From Candidatus Obscuribacteraceae bacterium (lineage in GTDB: Bacteria; Cyanobacteriota; Vampirovibrionia; Obscuribacterales; Obscuribacteraceae), in assembly GCA_044226015.1 (NCBI GenBank), contig JBGAHS010000009.1, positions 288,001-352,000 on the forward strand: a DNA stretch of 64,000 nt. Direction: 5' to 3'. Made by a program: the position numbers and the translations under genes. Below the pieces are notes generated by a model that worked only from the letters and a program-made list of their open reading frames with translations, was not told the DNA's origin and ran no database searches. Below, in pieces: positions 36,866 through 47,067 of the stretch. Every line of letters starts with the position of its first letter. Position 1 is the stretch's first letter.

Positions 36866-38167
36866 TTAGAAGTAGTGAGTGGTTTGGGTATACAAGAGAT
36901 TTCTTCGGTAGGCTGTTTCGATTTGGAGAAATTGCCAGCCTACTTCGATTTTGGTGCGTTTTCCCAGCGGTGCGTAAAGGCGAACTCCACAAGTTCCGAC
37001 CATGTTTTTGTTAGCAAGGCGGGCCGTGATTGACTTCGTTACTGAAACGCCCAGACCTCCACCCGCTACATAATGGACAGGGCCGACCAATCTGCCCGCT
37101 AAGTCGATACGTATTGTGTGTGCATAAAACACATTAGGGCTGAAATATCCACCAACCTCAGAGCGTGGCGGCTGATTTCTTCTTAGGGGAATTATAGTCT
37201 GTCCCTTAGCAGCACTAATCAGTCGATCAATATTTGTGCGGCGATTATTCGAGGGCACGAGGTCCGCATTTCCCTGACTGATCAAATCATACTTGAATTG
37301 GTTTATATTCAAGTTATAGCTGGGTAGCACCAGCGATAGATGAGAATCTGGGTCTCGGCTGTAAAGTACTCTGGAAGCATAAACACCGAATTGTTGTGTC
37401 GGGTTGTCCTTTACTTTGTGTCCTTCAACAAAGCCTCCACCATAGAGAAATGAAAGTGCTGTTTTCGGCAGTGGATTAAAGGAGGTCGTCACAAAAAATG
37501 TGTTTTGTTTGTCTCTTCCAACTAGTGCACCATTTATTGGCAATTTGATACCGACCGCAGACATCAGCGTGTTGCCCAGGATGTCTCTGCGATATCCCAA
37601 ACTGACTTTCCACCAATCTGCAATGCGATATGTTCCTGTCGCATTTCCAATTACCGCGCAACCATCTGTGGTGAACGAATTGCCAACTGTTTGAAACAAT
37701 CCAGCTCTTAGTCTATATCTGAATCTATCAGTGGGCTGTGCATCGTAGCCAACGCGGTATTCTTCTCCGAAGGCTCTGGGTGATTTGAGACCTGCTCGGC
37801 CAAAAACAGTAGGTAAGTAGTAAAAGCGCAGTCGGGATTGCAAAGTAGGACAATATCCTACTTCCACTCCCGGAGTCATAGTGTCAAGCTGTCCACCATC
37901 TGGAATGAGAGATTGATTTACGCCGGTGTTGAACTGCCTTATGTACGGGCGGCGCGCCATCTCAAGTTCTTGTTTCAGATTTTTTCCGCGGCCAACCAGA
38001 AACGGAATACTGCTGGGCTGGGTGAATCTGAAGGGGAAGGGCTCTTCCGGAATGTCACCAACTACAGAAGGATAGAACTGTCCCGGAATTTCTTGAGCAT
38101 GCACAGCTGCGCACGATAAAAGTGCGAAAACACACAAGCTGAGTATTCGAATAATTTGCGGGATCAA
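36866..38167 (-). CDS. Outer-membrane beta-barrel, BcsC C-terminal porin-like
   Basis: Signal peptide ending AVHA, amphipathic beta strands, GGYFSP motif as in BcsC barrels, and C-terminal YTQTTHYF beta-signal. Abuts the bcsA start. Confidence 0.75.
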   Translation of the reverse strand: MIPQIIRILSLCVFALLSCAAVHAQEIPGQFYPSVVGDIPEEPFPFRFTQPSSIPFLVGRGKNLKQELEMARRPYIRQFNTGVNQSLIPDGGQLDTMTPGVEVGYCPTLQSRLRFYYLPTVFGRAGLKSPRAFGEEYRVGYDAQPTDRFRYRLRAGLFQTVGNSFTTDGCAVIGNATGTYRIADWWKVSLGYRRDILGNTLMSAVGIKLPINGALVGRDKQNTFFVTTSFNPLPKTALSFLYGGGFVEGHKVKDNPTQQFGVYASRVLYSRDPDSHLSLVLPSYNLNINQFKYDLISQGNADLVPSNNRRTNIDRLISAAKGQTIIPLRRNQPPRSEVGGYFSPNVFYAHTIRIDLAGRLVGPVHYVAGGGLGVSVTKSITARLANKNMVGTCGVRLYAPLGKRTKIEVGWQFLQIETAYRRNLLYTQTTHYF

Positions 38168-38414
38168 TTGGGGGGATGCTGCTAGTAAAGTTCAAATTTG
38201 AAGTGACATCATTGTACACCAGACTGACGCTCTTCTCCCTTGCACTATTGGTGATTTCAGCGATCGGCTTGATATTAAGATTAAAATGTGATGGTGCGCC
38301 AGCACTCGGTTCTGAAATAGTCTGGTTATGAAGCTAGAATTGCGGAATTCCTGATTGCGGAATTCCAGATTGTCGAAATCCGGAGTTGCCATTGAGACCA
38401 AGTTCTGAAGAGGC

Positions 38415-38990
38415 TTATCTCAGGGAATGTGCAAATGCGGATGACGCGATTTTGACATAATCAGGCCGCATTTCAGGCGTCTCTGGAGTAAATGCTTGCA
38501 GCATTTTTCCTTTGTGAATCAGGAAGATTCCAGGAAGTTGCAGTGAATCTCCGTTGCCTGCACCAATCATGTTTCCATTTAGAACTGCTTCGGTAGCGCG
38601 TGTTAGCAGCTTCGGTGCTAGAAACGTATTGATGGTGCTTCTTTTTAGCCCAAATGCCTTATATAGTGAGCGATCGGGATTGCTGATGCGTGATAAATCA
38701 GCAAGTCCGTAGCTTGCAAGTATCTGACTCGCTTCGTTTTCCTGGCTCATGTGGATCAGGACCACACGCGCTCCTGCGGCTTCAATAGCAGGCAATCCGA
38801 ACTTGATATCAGAGAGTGCTTCTCTGGAAAAGCAACAACCAAACTGTCTTAAGAAGACCAGAAGCGCTGGTTTAGAACTTGACAGCTCATCAAGGCTTGT
38901 ATGATATTGATCCTGAACTGACCTGAGAGTGTATTCCAGTGAGTTCAGTCTCACTGATATACGATTCTCTTCTTGAGTTTTCGTGAACAT
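38415..38990 (-). CDS. AhpC/TSA-2 (peroxiredoxin-like 2) redoxin
   Basis: LLVFLRQFGCCFSRE, SNPDRSLYKAFGL and QLPGIFLI motifs. ATG 38990 is preferred over GTG 39002. Confidence 0.8.
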   Translation of the reverse strand: MFTKTQEENRISVRLNSLEYTLRSVQDQYHTSLDELSSSKPALLVFLRQFGCCFSREALSDIKFGLPAIEAAGARVVLIHMSQENEASQILASYGLADLSRISNPDRSLYKAFGLKRSTINTFLAPKLLTRATEAVLNGNMIGAGNGDSLQLPGIFLIHKGKMLQAFTPETPEMRPDYVKIASSAFAHSLR

Positions 38991-39114
38991 ATATTCTTCC
39001 ACTCGCCGGCTTCAATTCTAAATCGAGACTAGCTCTGCTGTTCAAATGATTGGCTGAACTTAATGGTTTGAGTCTGATTCCATTAATGCTTGCTCTCAGG
39101 ACGTTTCGGGAAAG

Positions 39115-39148
39115 AAACGACCCGGCACCTTGGCTTGCCGGGTCGTTT
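39115..39148 (-). terminator. Intrinsic terminator of pdxST
   Basis: 13-bp stem AAACGACCCGGCA/TGCCGGGTCGTTT, followed on the minus strand by CTTT, about 20 nt after the pdxT stop. Confidence 0.8.
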
Positions 39149-39167
39149 TCAATGGGATTTTCCGAAT

Positions 39168-39794
39168 TTAGACTAGAACTCTAGCCTGATTCATTACTGC
39201 ACTTTTGCTATGGATATATTCATTGACCATATTCAAAAAGTAGGCATGAACTCTGGTGTCATCAGTGAGTTCTGGATGGAAAGCGGTGGCAAGCAAGTTC
39301 TTTTGCCGGCACATGACTATTCCTTCCTCGACGCTCGCGAAGACTTCCACTCCAGCACCTGCAGACATAATGATTGGTCCGCGAATGAACACCAGGGGCA
39401 GTGGCAATTCACCCAATGCTGGGATGCTTTTGCTTTCTTCTCTGCTGAATTTTTGCGGTCCAAATGCGTTTCTGCGAACAGTTATGTCCATTAGTCCAAG
39501 GCGTCCCTGGCTCGACCCTTCGATTCTTGCTGCAAGGAAGATCAATCCCATGCATGTTCCATATACAGGCATGCCTTCTTTTGCGCGTCTGATAATGGTA
39601 TCGAATATGGGGTCACTCGTGTTTCCGGTCAATTTGGCAATCGTCGTTGACTCGCCACCAGGAATTACAAGCCCGTCCACATCTTCAAGGTCTTTGGCCC
39701 ATCTTGCTAGAACGACTTCCGCACCACATCTTCTCAGAGATTCGGCGTGTTCAGCAAAGGAACCTTGCAGCGCTAATACGGCAATTTTTGCCAT
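39168..39794 (-). CDS. pdxT: Pyridoxal 5'-phosphate synthase glutaminase subunit
   Basis: LALQGSFAEH, PGGESTT, GTCMGLI, VRRNAFG, FIRGP and FHPELT motifs. Confidence 0.97.
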   Translation of the reverse strand: MAKIAVLALQGSFAEHAESLRRCGAEVVLARWAKDLEDVDGLVIPGGESTTIAKLTGNTSDPIFDTIIRRAKEGMPVYGTCMGLIFLAARIEGSSQGRLGLMDITVRRNAFGPQKFSREESKSIPALGELPLPLVFIRGPIIMSAGAGVEVFASVEEGIVMCRQKNLLATAFHPELTDDTRVHAYFLNMVNEYIHSKSAVMNQARVLV

Positions 39795-39797
39795 AAA

Positions 39798-40712
39798 TTA
39801 CCAACCTCTTTTTGCCAGAGTTTCCTTTTCATCCAGGCTGCTGCAGTTTATGCCCACCATTGGTTCACCGAGCTTGCGGCTAACTTCAGCCAGAACTGCT
39901 GGGTCGTTGTAATGGGTGGTTGCTTTAACGATAGCTTCTGCACGTTTTTGTGGATTACCGGACTTGAAGATTCCTGAGCCTACGAAAACGCCGTCTACTC
40001 CAAGTTGCATCATCAATGCCGCGTCGGCCGGAGTTGCGATGCCACCAGCTGCAAAATTGACCACAGGCAACTTGCCTGTGTCTGCTACTTCGAGGATGAG
40101 TTCAAATGGTGCGCCGATGTTCTTAGCGTAGGTCATTAGCTCTTCGCGAGGCATGATTGTCAACTTTTTGATTTCACCGAGCACAGCGCGCGCATGTCTT
40201 ACAGCTTCTACGACATCACCTGTGCCTGCTTCGCCTTTGGTGCGCATCATCGCTGCACCTTCACCAATTCTTCTTAGAGCCTCTCCGAGGTTGCGACAGC
40301 CGCAAACAAACGGGATTTTGAACTTTGATTTGTCGATATGAAATTCTTCGTCTGCTGGTGTCAGAACTTCACTTTCATCGATGCAATCAACGCCGAGAGA
40401 TTCGAGAATCTGCGCTTCAACAAAATGTCCGATGCGCACCTTGGCCATGACTGGAATGCTCACTGCTTCTTTGATCTGAATGATCAGTTCGGGGTCGCTC
40501 ATGCGAGCTACACCGCCGTTGGCTCTGATATCAGCGGGGACGCGTTCGAGTGCCATGACTGCCACAGCTCCTGCCGCTTCAGCGATCTTCGCCTGTTCAG
40601 CATTGACCACGTCCATGATCACACCGCTTTTAAGCATCTGCGGAAGAGCTTTTTTTACTAGCAATGTACCTGTTCTGGCGTTCGAGTTCTTGTCCTTAGT
40701 TTCCGTAACCAT
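39798..40712 (-). CDS. pdxS: Pyridoxal 5'-phosphate synthase lyase subunit
   Basis: [41 protein letters not shown] and [16 protein letters not shown] motifs; C-terminal RGW. Confidence 0.98.
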   Translation of the reverse strand: MVTETKDKNSNARTGTLLVKKALPQMLKSGVIMDVVNAEQAKIAEAAGAVAVMALERVPADIRANGGVARMSDPELIIQIKEAVSIPVMAKVRIGHFVEAQILESLGVDCIDESEVLTPADEEFHIDKSKFKIPFVCGCRNLGEALRRIGEGAAMMRTKGEAGTGDVVEAVRHARAVLGEIKKLTIMPREELMTYAKNIGAPFELILEVADTGKLPVVNFAAGGIATPADAALMMQLGVDGVFVGSGIFKSGNPQKRAEAIVKATTHYNDPAVLAEVSRKLGEPMVGINCSSLDEKETLAKRGW

Positions 40713-41147
40713 TTCATCACCCGCTGTTTAACTGGATCTTATGAGTACCTCGCTGCAGCGAAGTTCTCCAATACTTCCTACTTTATAACCTATGAGTTCC
40801 TGCTAAAGCCATTTACACCAGTTTTTATTCACATCTTTTTGATAAGTATTTTCTGATAGAGAGCATGAGTATTGAATTCCAGAGAATGCAAGATTGCCTG
40901 TTTTTCTCTCAACAATTTGCAAACTCTTTAGCTGTAAGGATTTGTGCTTCGTCTTGCCAATATCAAAAGCCGAATTGCCTTTTGGGGTGCCGTTTCTGTG
41001 AGCCATATTGGTCGCTTTGAGAACCCCCGGTTTCCCGCATTGCCCCAAAATCAGAAATCACTAATATTAGGAACACGGGAAGATTTAGGCTGCATTAAGT
41101 CACTGATAGCCGGCGAAAGCCGCTAGAGACCTTACTAGGAGCCGTTC

Positions 41148-41843
41148 ATGCCTGATAAACCAGATCGCCCACAGTTTGTTAACGGGACATACGACCAGAA
41201 AGACACCGATTGGCAAAATGCGTTCGGAAATCTCGATGGCAGACCCGCAAATTTATTGCGACAAGATGCACTTTCTGAGATGGACAAACCCAAGTCATCT
41301 CCTGCCTACAACTCAATGAAGGTCGATTTCAAATTTATTGACCTGGATAGCAATGGATTTTTGGATTCAGCCGAAATCTCGCTTGCTGCGAAAAATGACC
41401 CGAACCTGGCGAAGCTTGATGCTGATAAAAAAGCTCAATACGAGATAAAGCGAATGGTCAATGACGGAAAGAACGACGCGTTAGGCATTTCCTTGAAAGA
41501 TGTCGATGAATTCGGCCGCCGAGTCAGTCTGCGTGACCATGCTCAGAACGATCCCGGTGATTTGACTAAGGCTGCCGAATTCTTGAACAAATATTTCGAC
41601 AGAATTAATCGCAAAAAAGACGGATTCTTGTCAAAGGAAGATCTCAATCAGCTGATAGTAGACCCAAATCTAAAGCCCAGTTTTAGAGAGAAGTTTATGC
41701 TCATGGAGCGTTATTTTGATAACGTTTCCGAACTTCATAAAGATAAGGTTTTGAAGAGTAAGGAGCATCAAGGTTTGTCTCAGAACGATTTGAATCAGTT
41801 GATAGCAGTAAAGGGGCAGATAAATCCTCGGGATCGTCGCTAG
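41148..41843 (+). CDS. EF-hand calcium-binding protein
   Basis: AGGAG RBS; loops DLDSNGFLDSAE and NRKKDGFLSKED; two-fold internal repeat ending GIS.KD / GLS.ND; no signal peptide. Confidence 0.75.
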   Translation: MPDKPDRPQFVNGTYDQKDTDWQNAFGNLDGRPANLLRQDALSEMDKPKSSPAYNSMKVDFKFIDLDSNGFLDSAEISLAAKNDPNLAKLDADKKAQYEIKRMVNDGKNDALGISLKDVDEFGRRVSLRDHAQNDPGDLTKAAEFLNKYFDRINRKKDGFLSKEDLNQLIVDPNLKPSFREKFMLMERYFDNVSELHKDKVLKSKEHQGLSQNDLNQLIAVKGQINPRDRR

Positions 41844-42057
41844 TTAAGCCTTTTCAAAAAAAATCACTGCCCGATAATCTATCATTTTGCAAGGTCCGAT
41901 AAGGCTGAGCTTGACTCGAAAGACCTCTCTAGCAACGCTTTTGCTTACCCACTCAGCGCGTCTCCCTGTTTTTGGGTTGCTGATAATCCAAAACCTGTGT
42001 CAGAGCTTGATATAGAAAGCTTTAAGGATGGCATAAGGTTGATGGGGGTAAACCAAA

Positions 42058-43458
42058 GTGGAGCCAACGGATCCATCACTTTACGCAGCAGTAGATCCAG
42101 ACTCGGAAGAAGTATCGAGGATGCTGGAATCTCTGGCTTCTGCTTCAGCGGAGCTGCAATATCTCGTTCAGAGATTGACAGACCAGCTGACACGTCTTGG
42201 CGCCCGTCTGAGAAAAACCCTTTTGAATGAAATCCGCATATCGCGCCAGCGCGTTGATATGTTTTTGAGTTCGTACCTGACTTCTGCCAGCCGTGATAAA
42301 GAAGAGCTTCTGACCCAATTGTCGCAGTTCAGGCAATCTGAAATTCGTTCGATAATGGAAGTCGGCAAAAGTATTCGGCAGCAGACTAAAGAACAATGCG
42401 ACAGAATGTTCAAGGATTACTCTGCTCGAATTCGCGCAGAGCTTGATGAAATTCGTGCCACCATATCTGCCGCCAATCTTGAAGCAGATGTACGCGGAGA
42501 TCAGGTGCGTGTTCAGGCTCTTTCCAAAGAATGCATCGAGCGCGTTAACGAGCTGCTAAATAGTTTCTCTAAACGCTTACCAGACCTGGCTCGCGAAAAA
42601 ATGTCGGTTATCGAAGTTGACATTATTCAGGCACAGGCAATTGTAGAAGATGTGCTGGAAGAGCAACTGACCAAACTGAGAGACGAACTCGATAACATTT
42701 CGACTCAGTCAGCTTCGCAGCTAGAGCAATGCAATTCTTCTCAGCAACTAAAATTTGCTGGTACTTTGAAGCTTCTCGACCATATCGAGAAAAACCTTCC
42801 GCAGCGATTTTTCCTGCACTGGAAGGGGGAAGAAGTCAACTCATACTTTGAAGAAGTCTCGAGTTCGTTTGAAAATTCCATCAATTCTGTTGCCGACCTT
42901 CAGTCGGGTTCGTTCCAGGCCAGATTGCGGAACGTAGCTTTGCAATCAAAGATGGACATTCTCAACAATTCCTGCAACACCGGCGAAGAAATGCGTGCCC
43001 TGCAACAAGAGTTTATCGCCTGGATGTCTGAGCAGCAGAGAAACTGCTGGATGCGTTGCGACTCCCTCTTGCACAAACTTGAACAAGCTATTGAACTTCA
43101 AGTTGAGGCAGACAGTGGAATTTCCGAAAGAGTCAAGATGGCACTGCGTACGGTGGCGCAAGAGTTTAGAGGCAAGACTTTGCAGAAAGCAAATCAAGTC
43201 GAGCTTTATTTTGAGCGTGCAATTGACACCATGATCAAAAACGTGGAAAGCCTGGGTGAAGATTCCTGTGAAGCGCTCGACCATGAGTATGCACAGGCTC
43301 GACGTGACTACGGGCTCATCTATGAAGATATTGAAAAACAACTTGCTGAATTACAGAAAGAGACAATGAAGATCGAGAAAGCTGGTCTCGGCGTTTCGCG
43401 TATCGTCGCCGCCTACAAAAAATCGAACATCACCTTCCAACCGGAGATGCCAGAATGA
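42058..43458 (+). CDS. Long alpha-helical/coiled-coil hypothetical protein 1
   Basis: 466 aa, almost Pro-free and rich in E/Q/L/R/S; first gene of a tightly coupled three-gene run. Confidence 0.8.
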   Translation: MEPTDPSLYAAVDPDSEEVSRMLESLASASAELQYLVQRLTDQLTRLGARLRKTLLNEIRISRQRVDMFLSSYLTSASRDKEELLTQLSQFRQSEIRSIMEVGKSIRQQTKEQCDRMFKDYSARIRAELDEIRATISAANLEADVRGDQVRVQALSKECIERVNELLNSFSKRLPDLAREKMSVIEVDIIQAQAIVEDVLEEQLTKLRDELDNISTQSASQLEQCNSSQQLKFAGTLKLLDHIEKNLPQRFFLHWKGEEVNSYFEEVSSSFENSINSVADLQSGSFQARLRNVALQSKMDILNNSCNTGEEMRALQQEFIAWMSEQQRNCWMRCDSLLHKLEQAIELQVEADSGISERVKMALRTVAQEFRGKTLQKANQVELYFERAIDTMIKNVESLGEDSCEALDHEYAQARRDYGLIYEDIEKQLAELQKETMKIEKAGLGVSRIVAAYKKSNITFQPEMPE

Positions 43459-44768
43459 CGAACGATTCAACACCAAGCCTTCAAGAGATTTATCTGGCAG
43501 CTTGTCGGTCGTTTGATGACCAGACCAACAAGCTTCTACAGGGCTTCAATTCTGCTGTCGACTCCGCCTTGATGGGGTACTCAGAGCAGCAAGCGGAAGC
43601 AATGCAACGTTCTTCCAGTGCTACCTCTTCGCAAGAACGCGAGGTCATGCAAGCTTTAAAAGAGTCACTCGAGGCAGTTACTCAATCTGTAGATCAGACT
43701 ATAGGTGAAAATGACAAGTTTCTGGCTCATGTTCAAGATGAGTTGCTGATAAATTGCCGCAGTCTGCAACAAGAAATTACGGACCTCACAGATGCTCTGC
43801 TTCGCTCGCATAATATCAACTCAAAAGTTTTGCTTGCAAAGTTGAGTGGTCAGTGTGACAAATCTGTTGATGGGGTCCAACAGTCAGCTAACAAATCGAA
43901 GCATTCGTTGCGCGAGCAGGCACATTCTGTCAACACGCAGTTTGGCGAAGGACTCGTAGAAAAGCAGGGACGACAGTTTTCCGATTTGATGGCATACGAA
44001 AACCAGGCAAGAAAAGAAATTCCAGATATGCTTGGTGCAATCATTGCACGAAACAGATTGCATGAACCAAAGCTTTCAATGCTTAACAGGCAACATAACG
44101 ATCAGATTGATGCTCGAATTGATCAACTCAAGTTGAGAATATCGGAAGTCTCAGATGGCGAAATGTCCAGAATCATCACTGCTGCCTCTGCCACTGAACA
44201 AAAACTACGCAGAACTTACGAAGATACTAAAGTCAAACTTCTGAGCACAAATGAAAATCTCACACGAGATTTCCATATTGAAGTAGAAGAGGCAAGCAAT
44301 ACTAGCAGAACCGATATGGCTGAGTTGCTTAGTGTTCTGCGCGGTGAAATGCTTGATACGCTCAACTCCGCGACGAGCACTGAAATTGATCGCGCGCAGG
44401 GCAATCTTGATCGTGCCCGACAACTTTCTGAAGAACTTCAAAATCTAATTGAAGACCAGCGTTTAATCGCTGCTCAAAAATCTACTGTAATTGCACAAAT
44501 TATGGATGAGATGAAAGAGGTTGAAACCAATTTTCAAAACAAAGTAGAGAAGATGTCAGCTGCCCAGCTTGACCGTCTCTCCAGGACTTTTAATGTATCA
44601 CTCACAGATATAACCAACACTAGAAAGAGCGTGTCAGAAAAAATCCAGGGCCTTTGCGACATGTATGTCAAACAGGTTGAGGAAGAGGAAGAAAGAATCC
44701 TTCGAATAATCGAACGAAGATTGGAAAAAGCGCTTGGTTTCATCGAACAAGCGGTTAAAGAGGAATAA
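43455..44768 (+). CDS. Long alpha-helical/coiled-coil hypothetical protein 2
   Basis: 437 aa, entirely helical composition; ATGA overlap with the upstream gene. Confidence 0.8.
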   Translation: MTNDSTPSLQEIYLAACRSFDDQTNKLLQGFNSAVDSALMGYSEQQAEAMQRSSSATSSQEREVMQALKESLEAVTQSVDQTIGENDKFLAHVQDELLINCRSLQQEITDLTDALLRSHNINSKVLLAKLSGQCDKSVDGVQQSANKSKHSLREQAHSVNTQFGEGLVEKQGRQFSDLMAYENQARKEIPDMLGAIIARNRLHEPKLSMLNRQHNDQIDARIDQLKLRISEVSDGEMSRIITAASATEQKLRRTYEDTKVKLLSTNENLTRDFHIEVEEASNTSRTDMAELLSVLRGEMLDTLNSATSTEIDRAQGNLDRARQLSEELQNLIEDQRLIAAQKSTVIAQIMDEMKEVETNFQNKVEKMSAAQLDRLSRTFNVSLTDITNTRKSVSEKIQGLCDMYVKQVEEEEERILRIIERRLEKALGFIEQAVKEE

Positions 44769-44771
44769 AAA

Positions 44772-47009
44772 ATGACTACTTCTTTCAGGGCAAAATTCCC
44801 GGCATCAGCCATCAAGAACCTTCGAGTTTTCATGGGACAGGGTGCTAATCCCATCGAATGGGCAAAGCGGGAGAGCGGCGAACTCAAAGTCGGCGACATC
44901 GTTGTTTGCTTCAACCCTGCAAATTTGACTAGCACAGACGGAACTGAGCTTGATGCTTCGGCGCTTATTCTGGTATTCAACACGACGAATCAATCTTCGC
45001 CGATGGGCATTCTTTTGACAGATGATTTCTACGTCATCGGCACCACCGAAACCATTTTTAGGGAGAGAGCTGTTGCTGCCACCGCCCGCGGTAACCATTT
45101 CTCTTTCGTTACTATTCCTTTTACAGGCGCTATGAACGAAGACGCCAAGGCATTTGTGCGTGATATGCAGCGTTGGGGTAGCGGTGGTAATCGTGCTAAC
45201 CCGATGAATAACCTGCCAGACCCGCTAGTCGCATTCTTTGCTTGCGTGGGCTCACCTCTTCCTGCCTCTCCTGTTCTTCCCGTGACCACAATGTCCCAGG
45301 CTTTAATTCGACGCTTTTATAGTCCTGAAATATCAGACCTCAGTGGCAAGTATGCACCCGTGATGGCCGCCGACCAGGCTCAAGACAATTCCTCCATTGC
45401 ATCGGTCACCGTACTTGAAACGGCTGCCAACGAAAGCAAGCCACCATCTGATAGCAAATCTAGTGTAGAGCCTGTTCAAAAAGCAGGTTCGAAGCCCGTT
45501 CTGCCAGAGAAAGGAAGCAAGCCCGAGTCGACCCCTTCTGCTGAAAAAGGGGAGAGTGCAGATACTGCCCCAGCCGAACCGACAGAAACTGGATTTTTGT
45601 CCATAAGAAAGCGTCTTGAAGCAAGACTCTCAGGTAAATTGCCAAAGGGACTTGCAACTCCTGCACAGGGCGACACACCTGCAAGGGTTGAGCCAGTATC
45701 ACCCGTGGTGAAGCTCGTTTCAAATATTCGCCAGCAAATGTCTATCGCTAGCGATAATCTCGAATATCGAGTCAGCACGTTAAAGTCAAAAATGCTCGAT
45801 AGACTTGTTTCTTGCAAGCATAATTTGAGCGAAAAGGAACAGTCTAGCCTGAAAGCTCTCGAAGACCTTCGTGCGCAAATGCAAATGAAGTTGGAAGGAG
45901 TTGCAAATCAAGCTAAGGAAGAACTTTCCAGATGCGCATCGAGGGGAACTGCTCAAGTTCGAGGATTCCAATCTGTCGCCACCGGAAAACTGGCTGATGT
46001 TCTTGCAGAGCAAGAGCAACTAATTGCCGTAAAAACTGAAGAGGCTAAGCGCAAAGTTAACGAGTCTCTGTCAGCAACAAAAGACGAACTCAACAAAACT
46101 GTTAGCCGAGCGCAGCACACACTTCGTGGAGCTGTCACCACTACTGAAGTCAATTTGAATCAAGTCATCAATGCCTGTGCCGAAGGCATGGAAGAACGTA
46201 TTGAGGGCTTCCGTGCACAAACAAATATATTGGCAGAAGGAATTGGGCTCTCGGTAGAGTCTCTTGGCGAAGCAGCGAAATTGCAGGCTCAACAATCTGA
46301 GGAAGAGGTAATTAAGCGCCTTGAGTTGCTATCTGATGAGTCGTTGAAATCACTCAGAGAGCAGTCTGTAAGAGCAGAAATGGAATGCTCCAAACTAATT
46401 GACAAACTTTCGCGCGACAAACTTGTGCCAACTCTGCAGGACAAGAGAAGAATCGTTGTGGAATTATCTGCATTCTTCCAGGATGAATTTTCCGGAGTGA
46501 TGCAAGAGTTGATTGAAAATCGACTTGCTGAATTTGAACCGATTGTACGCTCAAATACCGATGCTTGCGCGACAGCTTTGCAAGATTTCAAATCTCGTTG
46601 GACAAGTAATCTTGAGCAACATCAGAAAGACCTTGATGAAATGGAAACGAAGCTAAAGGACAAAGTTGAAGAATATTTGTCCGGAGCTAAATCTCGAATT
46701 GACAGTATGCATGACATAACTCGTGTAACTGATCATGTGTTGACCAGTCCAGAACTTCTTCGCACCAGAGATGAAACCTGCTTGAAGTTCGACATTATTG
46801 CAAGAGAGCATGTGTCTCGCGCTTACTCGCAGACAGGTGACAAAATTCAGCTATTCAAACAAGAATCACTGGATGAGTTGACTGAATTAAGAGAAAACGG
46901 CGAAACTGTCTTGAAAAATCGTGGTGAAGAGTCGCGTACGAAAATCCGAACAGCGATAAAAAATGCTATGCAACGAATTCAGGACCTTCAGACTCAACAC
47001 ACAGCCTGA
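44772..47009 (+). CDS. Hypothetical protein 3: N-terminal alpha/beta domain, Pro/Ser linker, ~434-aa coiled coil
   Basis: 745 aa; GAGG RBS; starts 3 nt after the previous stop. Confidence 0.8.
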   Translation: MTTSFRAKFPASAIKNLRVFMGQGANPIEWAKRESGELKVGDIVVCFNPANLTSTDGTELDASALILVFNTTNQSSPMGILLTDDFYVIGTTETIFRERAVAATARGNHFSFVTIPFTGAMNEDAKAFVRDMQRWGSGGNRANPMNNLPDPLVAFFACVGSPLPASPVLPVTTMSQALIRRFYSPEISDLSGKYAPVMAADQAQDNSSIASVTVLETAANESKPPSDSKSSVEPVQKAGSKPVLPEKGSKPESTPSAEKGESADTAPAEPTETGFLSIRKRLEARLSGKLPKGLATPAQGDTPARVEPVSPVVKLVSNIRQQMSIASDNLEYRVSTLKSKMLDRLVSCKHNLSEKEQSSLKALEDLRAQMQMKLEGVANQAKEELSRCASRGTAQVRGFQSVATGKLADVLAEQEQLIAVKTEEAKRKVNESLSATKDELNKTVSRAQHTLRGAVTTTEVNLNQVINACAEGMEERIEGFRAQTNILAEGIGLSVESLGEAAKLQAQQSEEEVIKRLELLSDESLKSLREQSVRAEMECSKLIDKLSRDKLVPTLQDKRRIVVELSAFFQDEFSGVMQELIENRLAEFEPIVRSNTDACATALQDFKSRWTSNLEQHQKDLDEMETKLKDKVEEYLSGAKSRIDSMHDITRVTDHVLTSPELLRTRDETCLKFDIIAREHVSRAYSQTGDKIQLFKQESLDELTELRENGETVLKNRGEESRTKIRTAIKNAMQRIQDLQTQHTA

Positions 47010-47067
47010 TGATTGCTTATAATTTTTTGCACGCTTGCTGCGATTTCGTTGTGCTAAACTCTGCTCA

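Noticed and set aside
39256..39912. 218-aa plus-strand ORF
   Set aside because: Antisense shadow of the conserved pdxT/pdxS genes.
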